Source of the DNA: a virus | Taxonomy: Duplodnaviria; Caudoviricetes | IMG/VR virus record: IMGVR_UViG_3300038492_000245 | Span: 1 to 27,912 of that record | Strand: one strand, 5' to 3' | Length of the DNA: 27,912 nt | Shown: positions 9,182-17,908 of the stretch, piece after piece | Numbering within the stretch: position 1 is the first letter of the stretch | How the letters are laid out: every line of letters starts with the position of its first letter | Notes under the pieces: model-generated | What the model was told of the DNA's origin: nothing | The model's input: the letters and a program-made list of their open reading frames with translations, nothing else | Databases searched by the model: none | Position numbers and translations under genes: made by a program

Positions 9182-11031
9182 TAGATTGCCTCCGTTCTAA
9201 TATCTATTGTTTGATCAGTGAAGCTAAATCCTATTCCGCTAACTTCAAATGATTCTCCAAGTTGATCATTTCCAACCTCAACGCTAAGAGTTCTAAACCT
9301 TAGCCCTGGAGGGAATTTGATTAATGCTATTTGATCTGTGTTCGTCGCTGAATCAGCCGCATACATATTTATAACTCCAAAGTCTAACACTACTCTACCA
9401 ATCCATCCATTCCCGATTGTTTTATTTGACTCTGCTATACCACTTGCATTCGTCACCTCTAAATATCTTGTTCCTACTCCTGTCACTATAAACCTCCCGT
9501 TATTACTACTGTTAAAATTCTCAGCCTGGAAATTTACATAATCTCCTACATCAAATTTATCGTCAGCTAAGAAATCGTCTCCTGATGCCCACTCGTATCT
9601 AAAAGTGTCGTCACCTCTGTCAGTGATTGTTATTGCTGTAGAACTTCCGCCTATCTTATCTCCTGTTCCATCTGGGTCACTCCATTGTGTATAGTTAAGA
9701 TTCCCATCTGTTGCATATCTAATTCTTAAATACGTTTCTGTAGTACTCTGAGGTCTATATTTGACGTACATCTCGTCACCTATCTTTGTATGTAACGGTC
9801 TTCCGAAATCAAAAAACTTACTCTTAGCGTATGTAGATATTGCTGTACTTCCATCGTTTGTTCCTGACTGTATTTTATATACATCGTCTACACCATCTAC
9901 TCCAAAGTACAAAACCTCTGTGTTACCTTCGACTCCATTCTCATATATAACTGGTCTTACAGGGTAACTGTCAACTCCCCATAGGACATATTCAAGCCCT
10001 TGTGTGATGAGAGCACTTATCACTGCGTTATTAATTTCTTCCCCTAAGAATGTAATATCTCCAACACTAAAGAAAAATTCATTTCCAAGTGTTCCTGCAC
10101 AAACATTTTCTAGCTCTGATGGGTCTATAACGTTGATTAATGCCATCCCTTTACTATCATCTTCAATATCCCAACTAAGAGGTATAGGTAGTCCTGCACC
10201 TCCATATGCCCATATTCTTCCTTTAGGGTCCATCCAAATCATCCATCCGTTACATTCTGTTATTGCTCTTGGATTTGCAAGTCCTATTTCGAATACCTTA
10301 CGTAAAGCTTGCACCGTTTGTTCAAGTGATATATCGAATAAATAACAAGTTGTATCAGAGAAATGGTATGTAAAATCTTGATATTCAAAACTACCTTTAT
10401 ATGGTCCGTTTACTGAGAAATATCTCTTGGAATCAGAGAAATTCCCTCCACTGTCATATAGTTCATCAGTTGGTGTATTGTTAGTCGCATCAAATCTTGA
10501 ATAGTAAACTCGGTCTTCTTCACTCACTGTACTTGCGTTTCTATATGTAATACCTCCGACAAATAAAGTGTTCTGACCTACTATTACTGATTTCCCTCTA
10601 ATTCTTCCACCAGACCCATCGTCAACCTCTGTAATTGTTCCACCTGTTTCATACCCTAAATTATCTGACTCACTCACATGATAAACCCTATTAAGAAAGT
10701 TCACACTCGATACTTTTGTATCAGCCGTAAAGTGAGCGGCGTCTATTTGGGTCCATGTTCCAGATGTAAGTACATCTAGGTCAGTACTTCTAACGGCTCT
10801 TAGAACGTTTGTGGAGTCGTTTTTTCGATACGTTTTAAGTCCAAACACCCCATTACCTGCTTGTGTTACATCTTGCAACTCACTACCTTTTCTCTTTGCC
10901 CATGTCCCAGGATTAGCAAAAGACACATCCCTTAAAGATGGCCCTGCATTATCCGGAATTTTATCCATATCTTGTCTGTTGTTTTGTCCTTGTAAATCTA
11001 TTAGCCAATAGATTGGTTTTTTGCCTGCCAT
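9181..11031 (-). CDS. Tail nozzle / stabilisation protein (P22 gp10 or T7 gp12-like)
   Basis: 616 aa, beta-propeller-like pattern, N-terminal ...WAKRKG, C-terminal SKFFDFGRP...K; follows the adaptor. Confidence 0.65.
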   Translation of the reverse strand: MAGKKPIYWLIDLQGQNNRQDMDKIPDNAGPSLRDVSFANPGTWAKRKGSELQDVTQAGNGVFGLKTYRKNDSTNVLRAVRSTDLDVLTSGTWTQIDAAHFTADTKVSSVNFLNRVYHVSESDNLGYETGGTITEVDDGSGGRIRGKSVIVGQNTLFVGGITYRNASTVSEEDRVYYSRFDATNNTPTDELYDSGGNFSDSKRYFSVNGPYKGSFEYQDFTYHFSDTTCYLFDISLEQTVQALRKVFEIGLANPRAITECNGWMIWMDPKGRIWAYGGAGLPIPLSWDIEDDSKGMALINVIDPSELENVCAGTLGNEFFFSVGDITFLGEEINNAVISALITQGLEYVLWGVDSYPVRPVIYENGVEGNTEVLYFGVDGVDDVYKIQSGTNDGSTAISTYAKSKFFDFGRPLHTKIGDEMYVKYRPQSTTETYLRIRYATDGNLNYTQWSDPDGTGDKIGGSSTAITITDRGDDTFRYEWASGDDFLADDKFDVGDYVNFQAENFNSSNNGRFIVTGVGTRYLEVTNASGIAESNKTIGNGWIGRVVLDFGVINMYAADSATNTDQIALIKFPPGLRFRTLSVEVGNDQLGESFEVSGIGFSFTDQTIDIRTEAI

Positions 11032-11032
11032 A

Positions 11033-12004
11033 TTAAACTCTATATCGTTTCATTTGTGTATAAAAATTACTCAATGGTATTCGTCCTGCTCCGGAACGAT
11101 TTCTTGGTTTGTATGATCGGATCATTGCCATTGTTCCCTTCGGCCAGATTGCTCCAGTCTTAGGATCTCCTTCTTCCCACATTTGTGCTTCTTCATGTCT
11201 ACCTTCTGTTTTTAATGCCCAACTGATTGCTCCATTAATAAGTACCTGACTTAAGCCTTGTACTGTAAGTACTGGTTCGTCTGTATCTTCTGACATTGCC
11301 TTCGGCCTTTCTACGTACGTAATTCTCAACTTTCCTTGGTAATCATCAGGGGCTGGATTAAGCTCTATCGCTGGTCTTCTCTTTTCATTACTCGCTCCGT
11401 CTATTTCTACTAGTGAAAGTGGCGACCATATAGGTGCACTCTTGTGATATGTTTCACTTCCGATTCTAAAAGCATCCTCCCTGTCTATCCTTTGAGCTAC
11501 TGTCCAGTCCGAATCAGTCGATGCATACTTCACTGCTACTTCTATAATCTCTTTAAGATCTGTTGTATCCCCACCGAACGAGAATACATTTCCCAGTACA
11601 TAAATTGTATCTCCATCCCAGTCGTCATCCACTGCCGAGTCTAATGTAAATTCTGTTCCACTCACATATGTTTTTAATGTTCTTGTTGCTCCATCTGTAG
11701 GATTTTGAACAACATATCCCTCCATTGAGTTCGTAAATATACTTGAAGTAGTAACTAGCGATGTTCCTGTCGTTGTTGCATCTACCACCCCTACTGCTGT
11801 GTATGTATCATACGGATAAGTTATTCTTCTAAAGTCCAGTGGAAATTTGTCGGAAAGAACATCAAATAATATTTCTCTATAATATATATTAATGTAGTTC
11901 TGAATATCCGTCTGTGTAACACGTCCCCCTGTGATGGTTGTTCCGTCACTTGCTAGCGATCCTATTGCCTGTGCTACCTGACGTTGTTGGGTTATAAATT
12001 GCAT
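11033..12004 (-). CDS. Head-tail adaptor protein
   Basis: N-terminal helices (IQNYIN), C-terminal IELNPAPD...LRITYVERP...EPVL...VLINGA adaptor signature; precedes the nozzle. Confidence 0.6.
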   Translation of the reverse strand: MQFITQQRQVAQAIGSLASDGTTITGGRVTQTDIQNYINIYYREILFDVLSDKFPLDFRRITYPYDTYTAVGVVDATTTGTSLVTTSSIFTNSMEGYVVQNPTDGATRTLKTYVSGTEFTLDSAVDDDWDGDTIYVLGNVFSFGGDTTDLKEIIEVAVKYASTDSDWTVAQRIDREDAFRIGSETYHKSAPIWSPLSLVEIDGASNEKRRPAIELNPAPDDYQGKLRITYVERPKAMSEDTDEPVLTVQGLSQVLINGAISWALKTEGRHEEAQMWEEGDPKTGAIWPKGTMAMIRSYKPRNRSGAGRIPLSNFYTQMKRYRV

Positions 12005-12021
12005 AATCTATTTATTTTAAA

Positions 12022-12690
12022 TTAACCTCCATAGTTTAGAGCGGCTCCCATATAGTCCCACTTATCGTTATCGTCATTGTATCTAAATGATACATAGTCA
12101 GTTCTACTACCTGTCGTTGTAAGGGTAGGTTCTCCTGCTCCTCCGAAGTCAAAAATAGCATTCCATGTAATAGTTCTAGTTCCTGTTGCATCTTGGGCTA
12201 TTCTATATTGTATAAATTGCCCTTCTTTTGCGTTAGTAGGAGCTGCTATTGTTCTATTCCCAGCTATTGTGACTTTAAATATATTTCCTTGGCTTGCATC
12301 TGTGTTGATAGTCGCTCCATCTGCTAGTGAAACCACTATTGGATGATAGTAGCTCACATTCACAAACTCAGTCGTATCATATATAAGGTGTTGATCATCC
12401 GCTGCACTTGTAATCGTTGCAGGGAAAACATTATTATCTACATAAGCCTTAATACTTTGCTGACTTGCTACCTTTGTTGCACTGTCACTGGTCATATCGT
12501 CTTCATCTAGAAACGCTGTACCAGTAATCGTCCCATCTAGAATAGGATCGGTCTGCGTTACTCTAGTTTCCATCTCGTCATAAATAGCATTCTTTGTAGC
12601 TGCATTTAGGTCGCCATCCCAATCTGGGCCATATGGATCATCACTGATTATTTTTCCTGCATTCGAATTTTGGTCTAAAAAATTTACCAT
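12022..12690 (-). CDS. Virion fibre/spike-like structural protein
   Basis: DEDDMTSDSATKVASQQSIKAYVD fibre motif and C-terminal beta domain (IAQDATGTRTITW). Confidence 0.6.
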   Translation of the reverse strand: MVNFLDQNSNAGKIISDDPYGPDWDGDLNAATKNAIYDEMETRVTQTDPILDGTITGTAFLDEDDMTSDSATKVASQQSIKAYVDNNVFPATITSAADDQHLIYDTTEFVNVSYYHPIVVSLADGATINTDASQGNIFKVTIAGNRTIAAPTNAKEGQFIQYRIAQDATGTRTITWNAIFDFGGAGEPTLTTTGSRTDYVSFRYNDDNDKWDYMGAALNYGG

Positions 12691-12706
12691 AATTTATTAA
12701 TCTAAA

Positions 12707-13159
12707 TTAATGTCCTCCAACTGTTGCAACTACATAAGCGCTACCACCGTTGGCTGCGATACCGGTTTCCTTCAACTGTACCCATACTGCTCTATCATTA
12801 ATCGGAATGCTCAATCTAAATCCTTCGTGAGTTCCTGCTGCTGCTGTTGCTGCGAAACTATATTCATAATTAGTCACAGTGTTTGTCCCACTAGAGATCG
12901 ATTCCCCAGTAGATTGTGCCCAGTACTCTGCAGTCTTACTATTAGTAGGATCGTCTGAGAAAGACACTTTAACCTCAATTGAGTTTCCTGTCTCCGCTGT
13001 TCCCATTGTGTAAAAAACGTACAGATTCAACTCTTCCATTCTTCCCACAGAAAGGATCGAATCATTCGTCCCGTCTGTTGTGTAACTTCCTGTAAGCGTT
13101 ACCTGGGAGGCCTGTGTTCCAATAAGATCCTGGGTATTTTGTACAAAATAACCTTCCAT
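12707..13159 (-). CDS. Beta-sandwich virion protein (paralogue of 13181..13603)
   Basis: Shares LIG, SY, LSVGRM and PxxDR...xKE blocks with its neighbour. Confidence 0.6.
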   Translation of the reverse strand: MEGYFVQNTQDLIGTQASQVTLTGSYTTDGTNDSILSVGRMEELNLYVFYTMGTAETGNSIEVKVSFSDDPTNSKTAEYWAQSTGESISSGTNTVTNYEYSFAATAAAGTHEGFRLSIPINDRAVWVQLKETGIAANGGSAYVVATVGGH

Positions 13160-13180
13160 TATTAAATATTAAAAACTAAG

Positions 13181-13603
13181 TTAAATACCAGACATGAGAA
13201 CCTTAGCCTTAAGTGTTCCATGTGTTGTGCTGACATCCTCTTTAAAACTTATTCTCAGGAACCTGTCAGCTACTGGTTCTGATAATCTATATTTATATAC
13301 CGTACTCGCTACTGTTCCTGTTATTTGTTCTATCTTTGGCAAAATCGTTACTATTCCTGTAGACGAATCTACCGTCTGTGCTACTGACTTATACAAATCG
13401 CTCTCAGAAGGTCCCATCTCTATCTGTACGTTCAGCACTCCATTGTTTTCTCCAGGTGTGTATTCAAGATAAAACTCTGCCTGTGTCATTCTTCCAACAC
13501 TTAAGGTGTAGGTATTATCTCCGTAACTTGTTGTTAATGCCGGTGCCTGTGTTTCTGAACCAATTAAGAAGTGTCCTTGCTGCGTGTGATAACCGATCGA
13601 CAT
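13181..13603 (-). CDS. Beta-sandwich virion protein (paralogue of 12707..13159)
   Basis: Same conserved blocks; T/S-rich. Confidence 0.6.
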   Translation of the reverse strand: MSIGYHTQQGHFLIGSETQAPALTTSYGDNTYTLSVGRMTQAEFYLEYTPGENNGVLNVQIEMGPSESDLYKSVAQTVDSSTGIVTILPKIEQITGTVASTVYKYRLSEPVADRFLRISFKEDVSTTHGTLKAKVLMSGI

Positions 13604-13790
13604 ATGGTTTTAGTTTAATAGTTATTGTAGATTCACCGAACTTATCCAAATAGTCAGGATGATTTGTAATACTGTTCTCTAATATATCTAGATATTCGCA
13701 AAACTCATCTATCTCACCCCGAGCTAAGTAGTCATCGTACTCCTCTAGATGTTTGTTCTTTTGTATTAGTAAGTTATTGAGTGTTTCCAT
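13515..13790 (-). CDS. Hypothetical protein, 91 aa
   Basis: ORF track; AATATTTAA-N2-ATG leader shared with other genes; 3' end overlaps the next gene by 89 nt. Confidence 0.55.
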   Translation of the reverse strand: METLNNLLIQKNKHLEEYDDYLARGEIDEFCEYLDILENSITNHPDYLDKFGESTITIKLKPYVDRLSHAARTLLNWFRNTGTGINNKLRR

Positions 13791-13808
13791 TTTTAAATAT
13801 TCTAATTC

Positions 13809-13832
13809 ATCCCGACCTATTAAGATCGGGAC
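13809..13832 (-). other. Intergenic GC-rich stem-loop
   Basis: Minus strand GTCCCGATC-TTAATA-GGTCGGGAT, 9-bp stem with two G-U pairs; no U-tract. Confidence 0.55.
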
Positions 13833-13841
13833 TTAATTAAT

Positions 13842-13979
13842 CTACTTTTTTACTCCTTTTTTGGTAGTCTTAGAGCCTTTAGCTTTAGTAGTTTTCTTTG
13901 TAGAGGTCTTTGGCTTTTCAGCCTCCTTGCTACCAGTATCTTTTTTAGTAGTATGTTGTTTAATATCCGCTAAGATCAT
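13842..13979 (-). CDS. Lys/Thr-rich 45-aa peptide (MILADIKQHTTKKDTGSKEAEKPKTSTKKTTKAKGSKTTKKGVKK)
   Basis: Manually translated; AAGGA upstream of the ATG; fills the gap. Confidence 0.65.
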   Translation of the reverse strand: MILADIKQHTTKKDTGSKEAEKPKTSTKKTTKAKGSKTTKKGVKK

Positions 13980-13996
13980 ATTCCTTTACTTAAAAA

Positions 13997-14905
13997 TTAA
14001 GTTGAAGGATCTACTAGTGTTCCACCATTACCTTGATCAGTTGTTTGGTAATTAAGGATGATAGAGCCAGTAATCTTATCTATTGTCACTGCTGCTGTTG
14101 CACAGTATAGGAATTTATTTTCCTCAATAACCGCTGGTGCAGTTGTGTTTTCTGTACCTGCAATTGTGATAGCTACTTCATCTCCAGTAGCGTCTCCTCC
14201 TAAGAAAGTATTCCCTTTAATTCTCAATCCATATCCAGTAGCAAATGCTGTTGTGTCAGCTAGATTAATTGCATCTTTTGCTGCTGTAATTTGGAAGAAG
14301 TTATTTTCAATCAAAGAGTTTGCTGCTCCTAGAGCACCGATTTCAATAGCTGAACCATCAAAACCTTGTAAGAATGTACAGTTTGCTACTGTCATTCCTG
14401 TTACTGCAAATGAAGCATCGTCTGCTGTGATACCTGTTACAGTCGTTTGAGCATTAGGATCGAATACACACTCCTCGAAAGTAAGTCCATCTACTGCTTT
14501 TGTATCCGCAACATTCACTAGATGTTCACAAGCCGCATCAGTTGCCTGGAATTTAATCCCTTTAAAGTAAGTATGACTTGCTTCGATTTCAACTGTGTCT
14601 GCTAGTGCTGATTTAATAGTAACTGTTGGAGATGTAGCATTATGCTTTGCAGCAATGAATGATACGTCGTCTTTAGAAACTGTTAGTTTAGTAGTAAGTG
14701 TGTAGTCACCTGGTCCGATTAGAATGGTGTCACCTCTTCCATCCACAGTAGCTGCATGTGCTGCCACTATATCTCCTCCAAGGTATTCTCCTCCTAATTT
14801 TACTGCTGCTTCTCTACCAAATTCGCTTGATGGGTCTGCAACAATAAATAACTTCCCAGGTCCATATCCCTCTAGTACAGGTAGAGCTAGTTTAATATGT
14901 GCCAT
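13997..14905 (-). CDS. Right-handed beta-helix (pectate-lyase-like fold) virion protein
   Basis: GDTILIGPGDYT cap motif and repeated ...IENNFF/IKGNTF/IEENKF coils. Confidence 0.7.
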   Translation of the reverse strand: MAHIKLALPVLEGYGPGKLFIVADPSSEFGREAAVKLGGEYLGGDIVAAHAATVDGRGDTILIGPGDYTLTTKLTVSKDDVSFIAAKHNATSPTVTIKSALADTVEIEASHTYFKGIKFQATDAACEHLVNVADTKAVDGLTFEECVFDPNAQTTVTGITADDASFAVTGMTVANCTFLQGFDGSAIEIGALGAANSLIENNFFQITAAKDAINLADTTAFATGYGLRIKGNTFLGGDATGDEVAITIAGTENTTAPAVIEENKFLYCATAAVTIDKITGSIILNYQTTDQGNGGTLVDPST

Positions 14906-14958
14906 ATTAAAGAAAGTAATAATTTATATTTAGTCTGCTTGTCCTTCACAGAATTAGG

Positions 14959-14987
14959 GACGGTGTTTTTGGTCCACCGTCACGACC
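14959..14987 (-). ncRNA. Candidate H-type RNA pseudoknot just 3' of the capsid stop
   Basis: GGUC-GU-GACGGUG-GACC-AAAAA-CACCGUC: S1 4 bp, S2 7 bp, all Watson-Crick. Confidence 0.5.
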
Positions 14988-14992
14988 CTGGA

Positions 14993-16009
14993 TTAAGAAA
15001 CAGTAGTTCCGTCTCCTTTAGATCCTGCAAATCCGATCCAGTTTGTTACACCATATGCGAACTTGTCGTATGCATATTTGATATATACTTGGTTGTCTTT
15101 GTTCAAGTCATCATCGTACTGTTCGTATCCTTCTCCAACGTAAACTTTGAAGAATCTTTGGCAAAGTTCTTTGTCCATTACTCCCCACATTGTATCCCAG
15201 TAGTTACTCGCTGATGTCTTCGCTACTCCACCATGTTCGTTCTCTTGTCGAGCTGCTTCATAAGTGATCCAGTCAATCAAAAGAACATCATACTTGTCCC
15301 CTCGGATGAAGTAGTTAGCATCGTTCTCGTCTGTTCCAGGTTTTTGATCTGGTCCATCTACTCCTGCAATTTGGAACGCTACTTCTTTCTGGTATGGTGA
15401 TGTCCATAGCACTTTATTTCTTCCAGGAGCTCCTGCTGCCATTAGATTACCTGAGTTAGATACGTTTGAGATCAATACATCTTGTAGTTCTGCTACCGCA
15501 TCGTATGATAGTGGTCTTTGCACACCATCTGCGAATGTATTAGATTGGTTTCCTCCTCCGTCTTTTCTTGGGTGAGAAGGTGATACTAGTGGTACTCCGT
15601 CTCCATATGTAACTCCTGAGTCCCAAGCTTTTCTGAAGATTTCGAAAACATGTAGATCTCTTGAGTATTGAACTACTCTTGCGAAATCTTTTGCTCTGTT
15701 TTCTACTTCTTTAGTTTGAGCTGTTTCTAGGAAGTCAGATGAGAATTCTGCTTTCTTTCTGTAAGATCTTCTAGCATATGAGAATTTGTACCCGTCTAGA
15801 GTTTCATCATCTTCTGCATTACCTAGATCTCCTACTTCTTGCATTGGGCTGTACCCTGAGAATGTTTTTTCATTCCACTGTAGCCTGTTAGTTGTACCTA
15901 CATCAAAAACTTGTTCGTATAAACTTTGTGGAAGATTATCCATCTCGTCCATGACATAAGCATCAATTTCAGGTTTCCATACCTCCCAGTTAGCTGTTGT
16001 ATGAGCCAT
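14993..16009 (-). CDS. Major capsid protein (HK97 fold, Mu gpT-like family)
   Basis: 338 aa; YEQVFDV, SGYSPMQEV and GDGVPLVSPSHP motifs; follows the scaffolding and decoration genes. Confidence 0.8.
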   Translation of the reverse strand: MAHTTANWEVWKPEIDAYVMDEMDNLPQSLYEQVFDVGTTNRLQWNEKTFSGYSPMQEVGDLGNAEDDETLDGYKFSYARRSYRKKAEFSSDFLETAQTKEVENRAKDFARVVQYSRDLHVFEIFRKAWDSGVTYGDGVPLVSPSHPRKDGGGNQSNTFADGVQRPLSYDAVAELQDVLISNVSNSGNLMAAGAPGRNKVLWTSPYQKEVAFQIAGVDGPDQKPGTDENDANYFIRGDKYDVLLIDWITYEAARQENEHGGVAKTSASNYWDTMWGVMDKELCQRFFKVYVGEGYEQYDDDLNKDNQVYIKYAYDKFAYGVTNWIGFAGSKGDGTTVS

Positions 16010-16048
16010 TTTTATTAATTAATAAATAAATCTAAAATAAGAGTCGAA

Positions 16049-16717
16049 TTAGTCATTTGCTATTGTTCCAAATGCACTTCTTAGACAAATTACATAAACC
16101 CTATTTGGATTAGTTGGCTTTCTTCCGTCAACCAATATTGTCATGAAATCCTTGTTTTCTAGGTCTTTGTCTGCACTAGATTCTGTTAGTGCAAAGTGGT
16201 ATGTAGTATCTACTGATAGTCCTACACCCATGTTGTCAGATGAGTCTGTTGTCCCAGCCGCTGTAGTTGTTCCTCTTGGTACTGGTGAAGTACTTGCTCC
16301 CCATAGAGATACCTCTAGGATGTCTCCAGGAAAGATAGGTGTAATTACAGCTTGCTCAAGTTTTGCACTTGTAGTATTTGATTCATCATTTGTTGCTGAA
16401 AAAGCATACTTAAGTGGAAGATCTCCTGTTGGTTCTGTTACAGTACCAGCTTTCATATCGTCGTCTTGAAGTGGAACGTTTCCTCCTTGTCGTGTGAATC
16501 CTGATACGAATCCTAAGATTCTATTGTCATCAGCAAAAGCAGGAACTCCGAATTCAATACCATCTAATGTAGCTGCTGCTCCAGTGATTCCAGGAACAAA
16601 ACCTCCAAGGTAAATTTCTGCACTATCTAGTCCAGGTAGTTTTAGAGTTGATCTTTCCCCAGATTTTGCATTTGCAGCTCTTACCAACTTAGGCATATGG
16701 ATTGTTTCGCTTGCCAT
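16049..16717 (-). CDS. Putative capsid decoration/cement protein
   Basis: Between scaffold and capsid genes; G/T/A-rich beta protein; likely start ATG 16717 (MASETIHM) because the longer start lies inside the terminator stem. Confidence 0.5.
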   Translation of the reverse strand: MASETIHMPKLVRAANAKSGERSTLKLPGLDSAEIYLGGFVPGITGAAATLDGIEFGVPAFADDNRILGFVSGFTRQGGNVPLQDDDMKAGTVTEPTGDLPLKYAFSATNDESNTTSAKLEQAVITPIFPGDILEVSLWGASTSPVPRGTTTAAGTTDSSDNMGVGLSVDTTYHFALTESSADKDLENKDFMTILVDGRKPTNPNRVYVICLRSAFGTIAND

Positions 16718-16732
16718 TTTCGTTTCCTTAAT

Positions 16733-16760
16733 AAATAAAAAAGCCATCATTTCTGATGGC
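16733..16760 (-). terminator. Rho-independent terminator
   Basis: GCCATCA-GAAA-TGATGGC-TTTTTTATTT: perfect 7-bp stem, GNRA loop, U-tract. Confidence 0.75.
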
Positions 16761-16786
16761 AATTAGAAATAAATCATTTGGTTGTC

Positions 16787-17749
16787 CTATTGTCGTGATG
16801 CTATTGACTTTGCAAAATACTCTGCTTGTTTTGGATTCTTGGCTCGCAGTTCTTCATACTTAGCTTTCTGCTTTGATGTCATTCTCACATTCATAGTAGG
16901 TTGTTCGTTGGTTTGTCCTGTTGTTGGAGTACCACTCACTCCTACCTGATTCCCATACGCTTTATTCTTCCCTATGATTTCTCCTTGTAGTCTAGCCTTC
17001 TTAATTGAATCTTCTTGGTATTCTGGTAATGACTTATATGCTGAAACCAAAGCGTCTGCAAAACTCATATTACCTCTATAAGAGATGGTAACTTGAGCTA
17101 TTGCCATTGCCTCCTCAAGTCTTTGTTTAGCAACTTCGACCTCCTCAACACTCTGCATATTTGCTGGATTTGCCTCTGGCACTTCCTGAATCAATCTATT
17201 GATCGCTTCCTTATTCTGCAGTTTCATGTCAACTTGTTTGTCGACAAGCTCATTAATCTGAGACTGTGTCATGGAAGGACTTCCACTATTGCCACCAACC
17301 GCGTTATTTGGTTGAGTATATAGTTCAGCGTGAGATGGAAGTACATTCCCTGTCTTCTCTTGGTATTGTTTACGGAATTCGTTAAAACTCTTTTCGTCGT
17401 TTACAAACTCGTTATCTAAGGCTTGTGGGTTATATTGTAATAACGTGAACCGCCTTTGATATTCCGCATCCTTGGCTCTCACCGCTGCTTGATTCCTCTC
17501 TTTTTCCAGTGCACTCATCTTATTGATCTCGCGATCAGTAAGTTGAGCTTTTGGTTGTTCCTTCTCGTGCTCAGCCGGAGAATCTTGCTGAGGGGAGGTA
17601 CTACTAGGTACTGTAACATTCTCGCTTCCATCATCGTGCTCTATGTTACCTTGAGGGGATGAGGTTGGAACTGCAACATTTGACGTGCCGTCATCTGATC
17701 CCTGTGGCGCCTCATTGACGGGGGTCTGCTGGTCATTCGCATCTGTCAT
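16787..17749 (-). CDS. Capsid scaffolding protein
   Basis: Acidic disordered N-terminus, coiled coil, basic C-terminal helix pair; between portal and capsid genes. Confidence 0.7.
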   Translation of the reverse strand: MTDANDQQTPVNEAPQGSDDGTSNVAVPTSSPQGNIEHDDGSENVTVPSSTSPQQDSPAEHEKEQPKAQLTDREINKMSALEKERNQAAVRAKDAEYQRRFTLLQYNPQALDNEFVNDEKSFNEFRKQYQEKTGNVLPSHAELYTQPNNAVGGNSGSPSMTQSQINELVDKQVDMKLQNKEAINRLIQEVPEANPANMQSVEEVEVAKQRLEEAMAIAQVTISYRGNMSFADALVSAYKSLPEYQEDSIKKARLQGEIIGKNKAYGNQVGVSGTPTTGQTNEQPTMNVRMTSKQKAKYEELRAKNPKQAEYFAKSIASRQ

Positions 17750-17773
17750 ATTTAGTTTTTAATATTTAACAAC

Positions 17774-17864
17774 AAGTTGTTGTGAACCATTATAAGCAGA
17801 GAGAGCAAACCTACTTACTTCATAATTCACAACAACCTATCATGAAATAAGCGGGCTTGCTCTC
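17774..17864 (-). ncRNA. Candidate cis-regulatory RNA in the scaffolding-gene leader
   Basis: 23-bp stem (17801-17823 with 17842-17864); its loop (17824-17838) is complementary to 17774-17788. Confidence 0.65.
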
Positions 17865-17908
17865 CTCTTACTCACAATAGTAGCAGAACTTCAAAGTAGA
17901 AGTCAATG

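Noticed and set aside
14906-14995. Capsid to beta-helix fusion by readthrough or frameshift (the two genes share a frame)
   Set aside because: Three further in-frame TAA codons lie in the spacer, and both shifted frames hit TGA before the next gene
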